DNA of 64,000 bases. Origin: an uncultured Actinomycetota bacterium. GTDB lineage: Bacteria > Actinomycetota > Actinomycetes > JACCUZ01. Under the pieces are notes generated by a model. The model made no database searches. It worked only from the letters and a program-made list of their open reading frames with translations, and was not told the origin of the DNA. Position numbers and translations under genes: made by a program. The stretch lies in assembly GCA_963846525.1 (NCBI GenBank), contig CAWJWE010000004.1, positions 5,097 to 69,096 on the forward strand, read 5' to 3'. Of this stretch, positions 1 to 9,122 are shown one piece after another. Position 1 is the first letter of the stretch. The number at the start of each line of letters is the position of its first letter.

Positions 1-402
1 GATCGCTTCCCGCCACGACACCAGCGCCGGCGAGTTGAAGGGGGACTGCTCGGTGATGGACCGGTTGTCGCCGAACACCCACCCACCGCTGATGTGCAGG
101 TACGGCTTCCCGGTGCCGGCGAAGGCATCGATCGCGGCATCGACCACGGCAGCGTCAAGTGCTGCGCTGGTGGCGTCGCCCGGGCTGGCGGTGTGGATCG
201 CTCCGTCCGTACTGCCGAGCACAGCCGCGACTGCCGGCCGGTCATAGAGGTCGACCACGTAGGGCTTGGCGCCACGGCCCGAGATGACGTCCGCCTGAGC
301 GTCGTCGTGGACGAGCGCGGTCACCTCATGACCGTGCTCCCTGAGCTCGGTGAGTATGTGGGATCCGATGAACCCGGTTGCACCGGTGAGTGCCACGTTC
401 AT
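1..402 (-). CDS. NAD(P)-dependent epimerase / NmrA-like SDR family protein (C-terminus runs off window start)
   Basis: Reverse translation from ATG at 400-402 gives MNVALTGATGFIGSHILTELREHGHEV... with a Rossmann GxxGxxG. A GGAGG-like SD lies upstream. It is absent from the ORF track because no stop falls inside the window. Confidence 0.7.
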   Translation of the reverse strand, partial: MNVALTGATGFIGSHILTELREHGHEVTALVHDDAQADVISGRGAKPYVVDLYDRPAVAAVLGSTDGAIHTASPGDATSAALDAAVVDAAIDAFAGTGKPYLHISGGWVFGDNRSITEQSPFNSPALVSWREAI

Positions 403-437
403 GACCGGTGACCTCCTGTCAGGGGTAGTCGTAGATG

Positions 438-1011
438 TCAGGCGGCGCGAGCAAGCATGCGAAGCGGCGCCAGCGCCTCGCTCCAGGCGATGACCTGGCC
501 GAGCATCGTGTCCAGCGCCTCGACCTGGTAAGCGCCGGGGTTGAGGTCGGTGAAGTTCTCGAAGTCGGTGAACAGCGACAACGCCACGTTCGTGCGGACG
601 TCTGCCATCTGCAGCTCACCGGCGATCAGGCGGAGGTGCTCGGCGGCCCTCGCGCCACCCACGGCGCCGTAGGAGACAACGCCCATCGCCTTGTTGTTCC
701 ACTCGGCGTAGACGTAGTCGATCGCGTTCTTGAGCACACCCGAGGTGGAGTGGTTGTACTCGGGCGTGACGAAGACGAACCCGTCGAAGCGCCCGATCGT
801 CGCCGCCCAGTTCTGGGTGTGCGGCGTTCTGGTACTGACCCATGTTGGGGGGTAGCGGCTCGTCCAGGTGCGGCAGCGGGTAGTCGGCGAGGTCGACCAG
901 CTCGAACTCGCTGTCGCTGCGCCGACTGGCGATGTCCATCACCCATCGGGCGACCTGCTCACCTCGCCGACCGGGGCGCGTGCTTCCGAGAATGACACCG
1001 ATCCGGGGCAT
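438..1011 (-). pseudogene. NADPH-dependent FMN reductase family protein, one frameshift near 818
   Basis: The N-terminal part MPRIGVILGSTRPGRRGEQVARW...NMGQYQNA lies in the frame of ORF 616..1038. The rest, HTQNWAATIGRFDGFVFVTPEYNHSTSGVLKNAIDYVYAEWNNKAMG..., lies in the frame of ORF 438..737. A GAGGAGG SD precedes the ATG at 1011. One extra base sits between codons gcc and cac. Confidence 0.75.
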
Positions 1012-1149
1012 GTCGTCCGCCTCCTCACCGTCCGGCACGTCCCAGCCGGTCCGTGCTCCCTAGCGACTCCATAGACTCTGCCACAATTCATTTGCGTTGG
1101 CAAGCAAGTATTAGGGAGCATTGGCGGCAGCCTGGAAATGAAGGAGGTT

Positions 1150-1635
1150 CTAATGCTTCATGTCGGGTGCGCTGGAGGGCGCATCCCCCAGCTGAGCCGC
1201 CACGCCCGACATGGCCTGGGCTGCTCGCTTGACCGCGGCGGAGTCGATGTGGTCGAAGACGCGACGGCGCACGCTGGCCAGATGTGCCGGCCAGGCGGAC
1301 TTCAGCTTCGCAAAGCCCTGGGGCGCGAGCTTGGCGACGTTCCCCCGCCCGTCGGCAGCGCTGGCTCGCTTGACCACGAAACCCCGAGACTGGAGGTCGT
1401 CGACCAGACGGGTCACCCGGCTCGCCGACAAGCCGGTGGCGTTCGCGAGCTCCGCCATCCGCAGTTCGCGGTTCGGCGCCTCGGACAGCGCCATCAAGGT
1501 CTTGTACTCGTTCGCCGTCAGCCCAGTGGCCCGCACCAGGTCGCTGTCCAACTCTCGAGGCAGGGCCACGACGATGCGCATGAGGGCTCGCCAGAGCACC
1601 TCCTCCTCGGAGGTGAGGGGCTCATCCTTCGGCAC
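1150..1635 (-). CDS. MarR family transcriptional regulator
   Basis: 161-aa ORF with a winged-helix segment LTANEYKTLMALSEAPNRELRMAELANATGLSASRVTRLVDDLQSRGFV. Confidence 0.85.
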   Translation of the reverse strand: MPKDEPLTSEEEVLWRALMRIVVALPRELDSDLVRATGLTANEYKTLMALSEAPNRELRMAELANATGLSASRVTRLVDDLQSRGFVVKRASAADGRGNVAKLAPQGFAKLKSAWPAHLASVRRRVFDHIDSAAVKRAAQAMSGVAAQLGDAPSSAPDMKH

Positions 1636-1682
1636 CGGGCCAGCCTACTTGCTTTCATAAGCATTGATGTGGTGAAAGCGTT

Positions 1683-1710
1683 GTGGCCCGCCCTTCAGGG
1701 GCGGGCCACA
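1683..1710 (-). terminator. GC-rich hairpin just downstream of the nrdJ stop
   Basis: Perfect inverted repeat gtggcccgccc / gggcgggccac around a short loop, about 20 nt after the nrdJ stop at 1733. There is no clear U-tract. Confidence 0.5.
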
Positions 1711-1732
1711 GCGCCGTTGAACGAATCTGCGG

Positions 1733-4619
1733 TCAGCTGCAGCCGCTGGTGCTGCCGCAGCCCTCGCAGACGTAGCAGGAGCCGGCCGGGCGCATCTTGA
1801 TGCCGCAGGTCATGCACAGCGGGGCGTCGGAGACCTGGCCGGTGATGACCTCGAGCAGCTCGGCCGACGAGTGGGCGCCGCCGGGCGCCTCCTTGACCGC
1901 CGCCGGCGTTTCCGCCGGAAACGTCCTTGGCGGCTCAGTCGTCGGCGCCTCGGCCTTGGGCGCCTCCGTCACCGGCGCGGACTGGGCCAGCGTCTCGAGC
2001 TCCTCCTCGACCTCCTCGTCGGACTCCTCCGGCCTGGTAGGACCCGGTCTCGAGCTGGCGGGCCCGCTCCTCGGCCGTGTAGATGCCGTAGGCCGAGCGG
2101 GTGTCGAAGTCGAGGTGGTCCAGCGCCAGCCGGCGGAAGACGTAGTCCATGATCGACTGCGCCATCCGGACGTCCGGGTCGTCGGTGAGGCCGGCCGGCT
2201 CGAAGCGCATGTTGACGAACTTCGAGACGAACGTCTCCAGCGGCACGCCGTACTGCAGGCCGATCGAGATGGCGATCGAGAACGCGTCCATGACGCCGGC
2301 CAGGGTCGAGCCCTGCTTCGACATCTTGAGGAAGATCTCGCCCAGGCCGTCGTCCGGGTAGGACGACGCCGTCATGTAGCCCTCGGCGCCACCGACCGCG
2401 AACGACGTCATCTGCGCCGGGCGCTGCTTCGGCAGCCGCTTGCGGATCGGGCGGTACTCGACGACCTTCTCGACCACCGGCCTCGGTCGTCGCCGACTTG
2501 TCCTTGGCGTCGGACAGCGGCTGGCCGACCTTGCAGTTGTCGCGGTAGACCGCCAGCGCCTTCAGGCCGAGCTTCCAGCCCTGGAAGTGGACGTCCTCGA
2601 TCTCCTCGACCGTCGCCGTCTCCGGCAGGTTGACCGTCTTGGAGATCGCGCCGGACAGGAACGGCTGCACCGCCGCCATCATCCGCACGTGGCCCATCGG
2701 CGCGATCGACCGCTCGCCCATCGCGCAGTCGAACACCTCGTAGTGCTCCTGGCGCAGGCCGGGGCGTCGATGACGTGGCCCTTCTCGGCGATGTACTCGA
2801 CGATCGCCTCGATGGTCTCCTCGGAGTAGCCCATCCGGCGCAGCGCCCGCGGGATCGTCTGGTTGACGATCTGCATCGAGCCGCCGCCGACCAGCTTCTT
2901 GAACTTCACCAGCGAGAAGTCGGGCTCCACGCCGGTGGTGTCGCAGTCCATCATGAAGCCGATGGTGCCGGTCGGCGCGAGCACCGACGCCTGCGCGTTG
3001 CGGTAGCCGTTCTTCTCCCCGATCTTGATGGTCGCGTCCCACGCCTTGTTGGCCTCGCGCTGCACGTCCTTGTCCAGCGTCTCGAAGGTGCGGATCGCGT
3101 CGTTGGCGGCGGCGTGCTTGCGCATCACCCGCTTGTGGGCGTCGGCGTTGCGGGCGTAGCCGTCGTACGGGCCGACGATGCCGGCCAGCTCGGCCGAGCG
3201 CTTGTAGGAGGTGCCGGTCATCAGCGAGGTGATCGACGCGGCGAGCGCGCGGCCACCGTCCGAGTCGTAGCCGTGGCCGGTCGCCATCAGCAGCGCGCCG
3301 AGGTTGGCGTAGCCGATGCCGAGCTGGCGGTACTTGCGGGTGGTGTCGCCGATCGCCTCGGTCGGGAAGTCGGCGAAGCAGATCGAGATGTCCATCGCGG
3401 TGATGACGAGCTCGACGACCTTGGCGAAGGTCTTCGCGTCGAACGTGTCGTCGTCGCGAGAGGAACTTCAGCAGGTTCAGCGACGCCAGGTTGCAGGACG
3501 AGTTGTCCAGCGACATGTACTCCGAGCACGGGTTGGACGCGGTGATCCGGCCGGTCTCGGGGTTGGTGTGCCAGTCGTTGATCGTGTCGTCGTACTGGAT
3601 GCCGGGGTCGGCGCACTCCCACGCCGCCATGCGCGATCTTGCGCCAGAGCTCGCGGGCGTCGACGGTCTCGATGACCTCACCGGTGGCCCGGGCCCGCAG
3701 GCCGAACTCGGTGCCCTCCTCGACCGCGCGCATGAACTCGTCGGTGACGCGCACCGAGTTGTTGGCGTTCTGGTACTGCACGGAGGTGATGTCCTTGCCG
3801 CCGAGGTCCATGTCGAACCCGGCGTCGCGCAGCGCGCGGATCTTGTCCTCCTCGCGCGCCTTGGTCTCGACGAACTCCTCGATGTCGGGGTGGTCGACGT
3901 CGAGCACGACCATCTTCGCCGCGCGACGGGTGGCGCCACCGGACTTGATGGTGCCGGCGGACGCGTCGGCGCCGCGCATGAACGAGACCGGGCCGGACGC
4001 CGTGCCGCCGGAGGACAGCAGCTCCTTGGACGAGCGGATGCGGGAGAGGTTGAGGCCGGCGCCGGAGCCGCCCTTGAAGATCAGGCCCTCCTCGCGGTAC
4101 CAGTTGAGGATCGAGTCCATCGTGTCGTCGACGGCGAGGATGAAGCAGGCGGAGACCTGCTGCGGCGAGGACGTGCCGACGTTGAACCAGACCGGGGAGT
4201 TGAACGAGAACACCTGGTGCAGCAGCGCCTAGGTCAGCTCGTGCTCGAAGATCTCGGCGTCGTCGGGCGTGGCGAAGTAGCCGTGCTCCTCGCCGGCCCG
4301 GCGGTAGGTGAGCACGACGCGGTCGATGAGCTGGCGCAGGCCGGTCTCGCGGGCGTCGGTGCCGACGGCGCCGCGGAAGTACTTGGTGGTGACGATCGTC
4401 GAGGCGTTGACCGACCAGAAGTCGGGGAACTCGACCCCGCGCTGCTCGAAGATCGTCTCGCCGGTCTTCCAGTTCTGCTGGACGACGTCGCGCCGCTCCC
4501 AGGTCACCTCGTCGTAGGGGTGGACCCCCGCCGTGGTGTAGATGCGCTCGATCTTCAGGCCCTTGCTGCGCCCGCCCTGACGGACCACCTGGGGCTTGTC
4601 GCTGCGACGTCTCCGTCAT
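1733..4619 (-). pseudogene. nrdJ: Class II (adenosylcobalamin-dependent) ribonucleotide reductase NrdJ, 6 frameshifts plus 1 in-frame TAG
   Basis: Conserved pieces are spread over three frames: MTETS / VVRQGGRSKGLKIERIYTTAGVHPYDEV / FNSPVWFNVG...ELWRKIA / AAWECADPGIQYDDTINDWHTNPETGRITASNPCSEYM / DISICFADFP...EKGHVIDAP / GLRQEHYEVFDCAMGERSIAPMGH / VEKVVEYRPIRKRLPK...QLETGSYQ / C-terminal CMTCGIKMRPAGSCYVCEGCGSTSGCS. The ATG at 4617-4619 has a GGAGGAGAAGG SD. Frame switches lie near 4603, 3628, 3458, 2762, 2480 and 2030, and a TAG sits at 4229-4231. Confidence 0.9.
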
Positions 4620-4648
4620 TCCTTCTCCTCCCGAAACTGCTACTGAAT

Positions 4649-5196
4649 TCAACACGTCTGCACCGACAGAAACGTCCGATATGGCGGACCTTCCCGGCGT
4701 ACCTCTAAGGGGCTCTTCCGGTCGTCCTCGCAACGCCGGTCGCGCGAGCTCGTGCTCGGCCGCAGCAGCGCGATCTCGGACTCGAAGTCCTCGAGGTCGT
4801 CGAAGGCCCGGTAGACGCGAGCGAAGCGCAGGTAGGCCACCTCGTCGAGCTCGCGCAGCGGCGCCAGCACGGCCATGCCGACCTCGTGGGCCTCGATCTC
4901 GGCGACCCCGCTGGCGCGGACCGACTCCTCGACCCGCTGGGCCAGCAGCGCCAGGTCGTCCTCGGTGACCGGGCGGCCCTGGCAGGCCTTGCGGACGCCG
5001 ACCAGGACCTTGTCGCGGCTGAACGGCTCGCTGGCGCCGGAGCGCTTGGTGACGCGTCAGGCGACGCCGTCTCGACCGTGGTGAAGCGGCGGCCGCACTC
5101 GGGGCACTGGCGGCGCCGGCGGATCGAGGTGCCGTCGTCGGACGCGCGGCTGTCGACCACGCGGCTGTCGCTGTGGCGGCAGAACGGGCAGTGCAT
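4649..5196 (-). pseudogene. nrdR: Transcriptional repressor NrdR, one frameshift near 5055
   Basis: The zinc-ribbon N-terminus [45 protein letters not shown] is followed in another frame by [34 protein letters not shown]...[32 protein letters not shown] (ATP-cone). The C-terminal tail and true stop are uncertain. Confidence 0.85.
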
Positions 5197-5273
5197 GCGA
5201 GTGGGCTCCCCTCGAAGCGTGTCCTGTGGACCGATCTGTGCACCAACCTGTGCACGACCGGCCCTTTCCTGGG

Positions 5274-5359
5274 CACATCCTGTGAGGACCGTGTGGATAA
5301 CTACAACGGTGTGATTCACAAGATGTGGGGGTAAGAATGCCCCTCGACCACCACATGTG
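5274..5359. promoter_or_regulatory. Cluster of CACA-N(0-5)-TGTG palindromes in the nrdR upstream region (candidate operator sites, identity uncertain)
   Basis: cacatcctgtg at 5274-5284, ctacaacggtgtg at 5301-5313, cacaagatgtg at 5317-5327 and cacatgtg at 5352-5359, in a locally lower-GC stretch 80-160 nt upstream of the nrdR ATG. Confidence 0.3.
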
Positions 5360-5524
5360 CAAGGGCATCGGGAAAGTCGCCGAAACTGGCCCCGGCCGGG
5401 GGCAGCTTCCGGGACATCGCTGCAGGTCAGCGGGCCCAGGCAGTTGAGCAGACCACGAAAACGGCGCCGCCCGGTCGGGCGTGTCGGCGGCCGGTCACGG
5501 CTGCCGCGGCGCGTCGCCGCCGGC

Positions 5525-5914
5525 TCAGGAGGGCAGCAGCAAGGCCGTTCCCACCTGGACCTGTGCGGTCTGCAGGCCGTTGAGGTCAAGGATGCGCGCC
5601 ACGGTCTCCCGCGGGTCAGTGCCGGGCGCGACCCGCTCGGCGATCTGCCAGAGGGTCTCCCCCGGCCCGACGGTGACCCGCTCGGCAGCGACCGGGGCGC
5701 CCCGGTCGGTCCCGGCGGTGGCCGGCACGCCGCCGGTCAGCAGGACGGCGGCCACCACGAGGAGCAGCAGCACCAGCCCGGTGACCAGCAGCCGGCCGCG
5801 CCGGGTGAGCCGGGCCGCCGGCCGCGGCGTGCGGACCGGGGCGGCAGCGGACCGGACCGGACGGCCGGCGGTACGGCGGCCCGGGTAACCGGCGCTGACG
5901 GTCATCGTGCTCAT
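5525..5914 (-). CDS. LysM domain-containing membrane-anchored protein (SOS-box associated)
   Basis: [14 protein letters not shown]... has one TM helix ([18 protein letters not shown]) and a C-terminal LysM ([15 protein letters not shown]...ILDLNGL...[10 protein letters not shown]). An AGGAGG SD precedes the ATG at 5912-5914. The upstream extension of ORF 5525..6343 is judged spurious. Confidence 0.8.
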   Translation of the reverse strand: MSTMTVSAGYPGRRTAGRPVRSAAAPVRTPRPAARLTRRGRLLVTGLVLLLLVVAAVLLTGGVPATAGTDRGAPVAAERVTVGPGETLWQIAERVAPGTDPRETVARILDLNGLQTAQVQVGTALLLPS

Positions 5915-5948
5915 GGTGGCCTCCTGTGATCTGTCCGGACCGGCCCGG

Positions 5949-5980
5949 TCGAACACTCGTTCGATCGAACACCTGTACGA
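5949..5980. promoter_or_regulatory. Two abutting LexA (SOS) boxes
   Basis: tcgaacactcgttcga (5949-5964, a perfect TCGAAC-N4-GTTCGA) is directly followed by tcgaacacctgtacga (5965-5980), in the divergent LysM-lexA intergenic region. Confidence 0.8.
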
Positions 5981-6017
5981 GTTGTACCCCATCGCGGGGA
6001 CAAAATCCAGCGAAAGT

Positions 6018-6033
6018 TCGAACAGGTGTTTGA
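6018..6033. promoter_or_regulatory. Third LexA-box-like site upstream of lexA
   Basis: tcgaacaggtgtttga has one mismatch to the GAAC-N4-GTTC core palindrome. Confidence 0.65.
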
Positions 6034-6176
6034 AACACCCGTGCGAGATCGCTAACGTTCGTCCCGGAAGACCGTCCCGCGAGGGTCGGACACAACCCCG
6101 CACCGGGCGCGCACCGTCGGGTGCGGACTCGGACACCTGAACGGCGCTGCGGAGCGCCCGAGAGCTGGAGGCACCG

Positions 6177-6950
6177 GTGGCGCGACGGGACACGGGCGAG
6201 CAGGACGCCAAGGTCGGCACAGGCGCCGCCCGGGGCAAGGGCGGCACGGTCGCCGAGATCCCGGACGGCCCGCCCGACGAGGCCGGCCTCACCCCCCGGC
6301 AGCGCCGGGTGCTCGAGGTGATCCGGTCCGCCGTCGAGCGCAAGGGCTACCCGCCGAGCATGCGCGAGATCGGCGAAGCGGTCGGCCTCACCAGCTCCTC
6401 CAGCGTGTCGCACCAGCTCGCCACCCTGGAGCGCAAGGGCTTCCTACGCCGCGACCCGAACCGGCCGCGGGCCATCGAGGTCCGCAGCCCGGAGTCCGGG
6501 CCGGTCGCCGCGTCGTCGTTCGACGGGGGCGGCAGCGCGCACGACCTGGAGACGGGCAGCGGCGACGCCCGCCCGGCCGCCGCCTACGTGCCGCTGGTAG
6601 GGCGGATCGCCGCCGGCGGCCCGATCCTCGCCGAGCAGGCCGTCGAGGACGTGTTCCCGCTCCCCCGCCAGGTGGTCGGCGAGGGGACGCTGTTCCTGCT
6701 GCAGGTGCAGGGCGACTCGATGGTCGAGGCCGCGATCTGCGACGGCGACTGGGTGGTGGTGCGCCAGCAGCAGGTCGCCGAACAGGGCGACATCGTGGCC
6801 GCCATGATCGACGGTGAGGCCACCGTCAAGACCTTCAAGCGCCGCGACGGCCATGTCTGGCTGATGCCGCACAACCCGGCGTACGAGCCCATCCCGGGTG
6901 ACGAGGCCACCGTGCTCGGCCGGGTCACGGCGGTGCTGCGCCGGGTGTGA
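6177..6950 (+). CDS. lexA: LexA repressor
   Basis: N-terminal winged helix ([36 protein letters not shown]), cleavage region [14 protein letters not shown], and a Ser/Lys dyad context (QGDSM ... VKTFKR). Confidence 0.95.
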   Translation: MARRDTGEQDAKVGTGAARGKGGTVAEIPDGPPDEAGLTPRQRRVLEVIRSAVERKGYPPSMREIGEAVGLTSSSSVSHQLATLERKGFLRRDPNRPRAIEVRSPESGPVAASSFDGGGSAHDLETGSGDARPAAAYVPLVGRIAAGGPILAEQAVEDVFPLPRQVVGEGTLFLLQVQGDSMVEAAICDGDWVVVRQQQVAEQGDIVAAMIDGEATVKTFKRRDGHVWLMPHNPAYEPIPGDEATVLGRVTAVLRRV

Positions 6951-7022
6951 TGCCCGGTCAAGGGATGGTCAAGGACCGGCGGCGGCGATCAAGGTCGGCC
7001 CCCCGGGACCCGATCTGCACGT

Positions 7023-9119
7023 GTGGGCAACCTTCTTGCAGGGCTCACGGGGGGATCTCCTGATGAGTCGGGGTCGGGTCGAGCCGGAGTGCTCGCCGAC
7101 CTCGCGTACCACCATGTCGCCGCTGCCCTGCACGAGGGCGTCGCCGCTCTCGACGCCACCGGCACCCTGCTGGGCTGCAACCCCACCTTTGCCGACCTGG
7201 TCGGCCGGCTCGGCCGGCTCGCCGTCGTGCTCGACGAGCACGGTTCCGCGCTGGCACCCGGGCAGCACCCCTGGGCGGTCGCGCTGGCCAGCGGTCGGCC
7301 GGTCCTCGGTTCGGTGGTCGGGCTGCCCGGACCCGGATCCGGTGACGACCCCCGCTGGCTGCGACTCAACGTCACCCCGGCGGAGCTGGCCGACGGGACG
7401 GTCGCCGTCGTCACCGCCGTCGACGTCACCCCCGAGCGGCGCGCGGCCGCGGCCCTGGAGGCCGCCGAGCACCGGTTCCGGCTGGCCGCCGAGCACGCCC
7501 CGATCGGCATCGCGATCGTCTCGCTGGACGGCGTCCTGCTCGAGAGCAACGACGCGTTCTGCCGGCTGCTCGGCTACGGCCACGGCGAGCTGTCCGGGCT
7601 GACCTTCCAGGCGATCACGCACCCCGACGACCTCGCGCTGGACCTCGCCCACGTCGCGGACCTGCTGGCCGGCGGCGCCGAGACGTACAAGATGTACAAG
7701 CGCTACCTGACCCGGACCGGCGAGCCGATCTGGGCCCAGCTCACGGTGGCGCTGGCCCGGGACACCGCCGGCGACCCGCTCTACTTCATCTCAATGATCG
7801 AGGACGTCACCGCCGAGCGCACGGCGCACGAAGCGCTCGCGCACCAGGCCTCGCACGACGAGCTCACCGGCCTGGTCAACCGGACGACGCTGCTCGCGCG
7901 CACCACCGACGCGCTGGACCGGGCCGCGATCACCGGACGGCCGATGGCGCTGCTGTTCTGCGACCTGGACCACTTCAAGCTGGTCAACGACAGCCGCGGG
8001 CACGAGGCCGGCGACGCCGTGCTGGTCGAGACCGCGGAGCGGCTGCTCGCCTGCATCCGGGACGGCGACACTGCCGCCCGGCTGGGCGGCGACGAGTTCG
8101 TCGTGCTCTGCGAGGCGCTGCCGTCCCGGGGTCACGCCGAGCAGGTGGCGCAACGGCTGATCGACGAGGTCACCAAGCCTATGCAGCGGGCGCACGACGT
8201 CACGATGACGGTCAGCGTCGGCATCGCGCTCTCCGAGCCCGGCATCACCGCCGCCGACCTGCTGCGCAACGCCGACGCCGCCCTGTACCGCGCGAAGGAG
8301 AACGGCCGCGACCAGCACGCGCTGTTCGCACCCGAGCTCATCGAGCGGGCTACCCGGCGCCTCGGCCTGGAGCACGAGCTGCGTGAGGCGATGCGCGCCG
8401 GCTCGCTGTTCCTCGACTACCAGCCGGTCCGCCGGCTCGGCGACGGCACCGTGGCGGCGTACGAGGCCCTCGTCCGGTGGGACCACCCGGTGCGCGGCGT
8501 CCTCGCCCCGGACGCGTTCCTTCCCGTGGCCGAGGCCAGCGACCTGGTGCTGGAGATCGACCGGTACGTGCTGCAGCGGGCCTGCGACGACGCGGTGGCC
8601 TGGGGCACCGGGCCGGACGTGCCCAACGTCAGCGTGAACATCTCCGCGCGGCACGTCGGGCGCGGGCTGCTGCCGGGCCTGGTGGCCCGGGCCTTGGGCC
8701 GCAGCGGCCTCCCGCCGGCCCGGCTCACCCTCGAGCTGACCGAGACCGCGCTGCTGGGCGTCACGCCCACCGCGACCTCGGAGCTCGACACCCTGGTGCA
8801 CCTCGGCGTCCGGCTGGCGATCGACGACTTCGGCACCGGGTACTCCTCGCTGACCCACCTGGTCGACGTGCCGGCGAGCTACGTGAAGATCGACCGCTCG
8901 TTCGTGGCCCGGATGGGCAGCTCGGACGCCAGCACCGCGATCGTCGAGGCGGTGGTGTCGCTGTGCCGCGCGCTGCACATCGATGTGGTCGCCGAGGGCA
9001 TCGAGGACGAGGACCAGCGCCGGATGCTGTCCCGCCTGGGCTGCTCGTACGGCCAGGGCTACCTGCTCGGTCGGCCCGGCCGGATCGACCTCACCCCGCT
9101 GGAGCGGACCGGCGCGTAG
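7023..9119 (+). CDS. PAS-PAS-GGDEF-EAL c-di-GMP signalling protein
   Basis: 698-aa ORF with PAS-like segments, GGDEF (ARLGGDEFVVL) and EAL (YEALVRW ... DDFGTGYSSL). The exact start is uncertain. Confidence 0.9.
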   Translation: MGNLLAGLTGGSPDESGSGRAGVLADLAYHHVAAALHEGVAALDATGTLLGCNPTFADLVGRLGRLAVVLDEHGSALAPGQHPWAVALASGRPVLGSVVGLPGPGSGDDPRWLRLNVTPAELADGTVAVVTAVDVTPERRAAAALEAAEHRFRLAAEHAPIGIAIVSLDGVLLESNDAFCRLLGYGHGELSGLTFQAITHPDDLALDLAHVADLLAGGAETYKMYKRYLTRTGEPIWAQLTVALARDTAGDPLYFISMIEDVTAERTAHEALAHQASHDELTGLVNRTTLLARTTDALDRAAITGRPMALLFCDLDHFKLVNDSRGHEAGDAVLVETAERLLACIRDGDTAARLGGDEFVVLCEALPSRGHAEQVAQRLIDEVTKPMQRAHDVTMTVSVGIALSEPGITAADLLRNADAALYRAKENGRDQHALFAPELIERATRRLGLEHELREAMRAGSLFLDYQPVRRLGDGTVAAYEALVRWDHPVRGVLAPDAFLPVAEASDLVLEIDRYVLQRACDDAVAWGTGPDVPNVSVNISARHVGRGLLPGLVARALGRSGLPPARLTLELTETALLGVTPTATSELDTLVHLGVRLAIDDFGTGYSSLTHLVDVPASYVKIDRSFVARMGSSDASTAIVEAVVSLCRALHIDVVAEGIEDEDQRRMLSRLGCSYGQGYLLGRPGRIDLTPLERTGA

Positions 9120-9122
9120 CCG

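Noticed and set aside
1969-3939. A 656-aa minus-strand ORF across the nrdJ region
   Set aside because: It is mostly off-frame read-through of nrdJ. It contains only two genuine NrdJ islands (AAWECADPGIQ..., GLRQEHYEVFDC...), and the rest is low-complexity Arg/Pro text.
4589-4705. A cobalamin riboswitch or NrdR box in the lower-GC nrdJ leader (gtgttgaattcagtag)
   Set aside because: No B12-box-like sequence or multi-stem structure is recognisable, and the region overlaps the uncertain NrdR C-terminal tail. A single AT-rich palindrome (TGAATTCA) is not enough.
6951-7022. Three TCAAGG direct repeats between lexA and the PAS-GGDEF-EAL gene
   Set aside because: The hexamers are too short and irregularly spaced to distinguish from chance.
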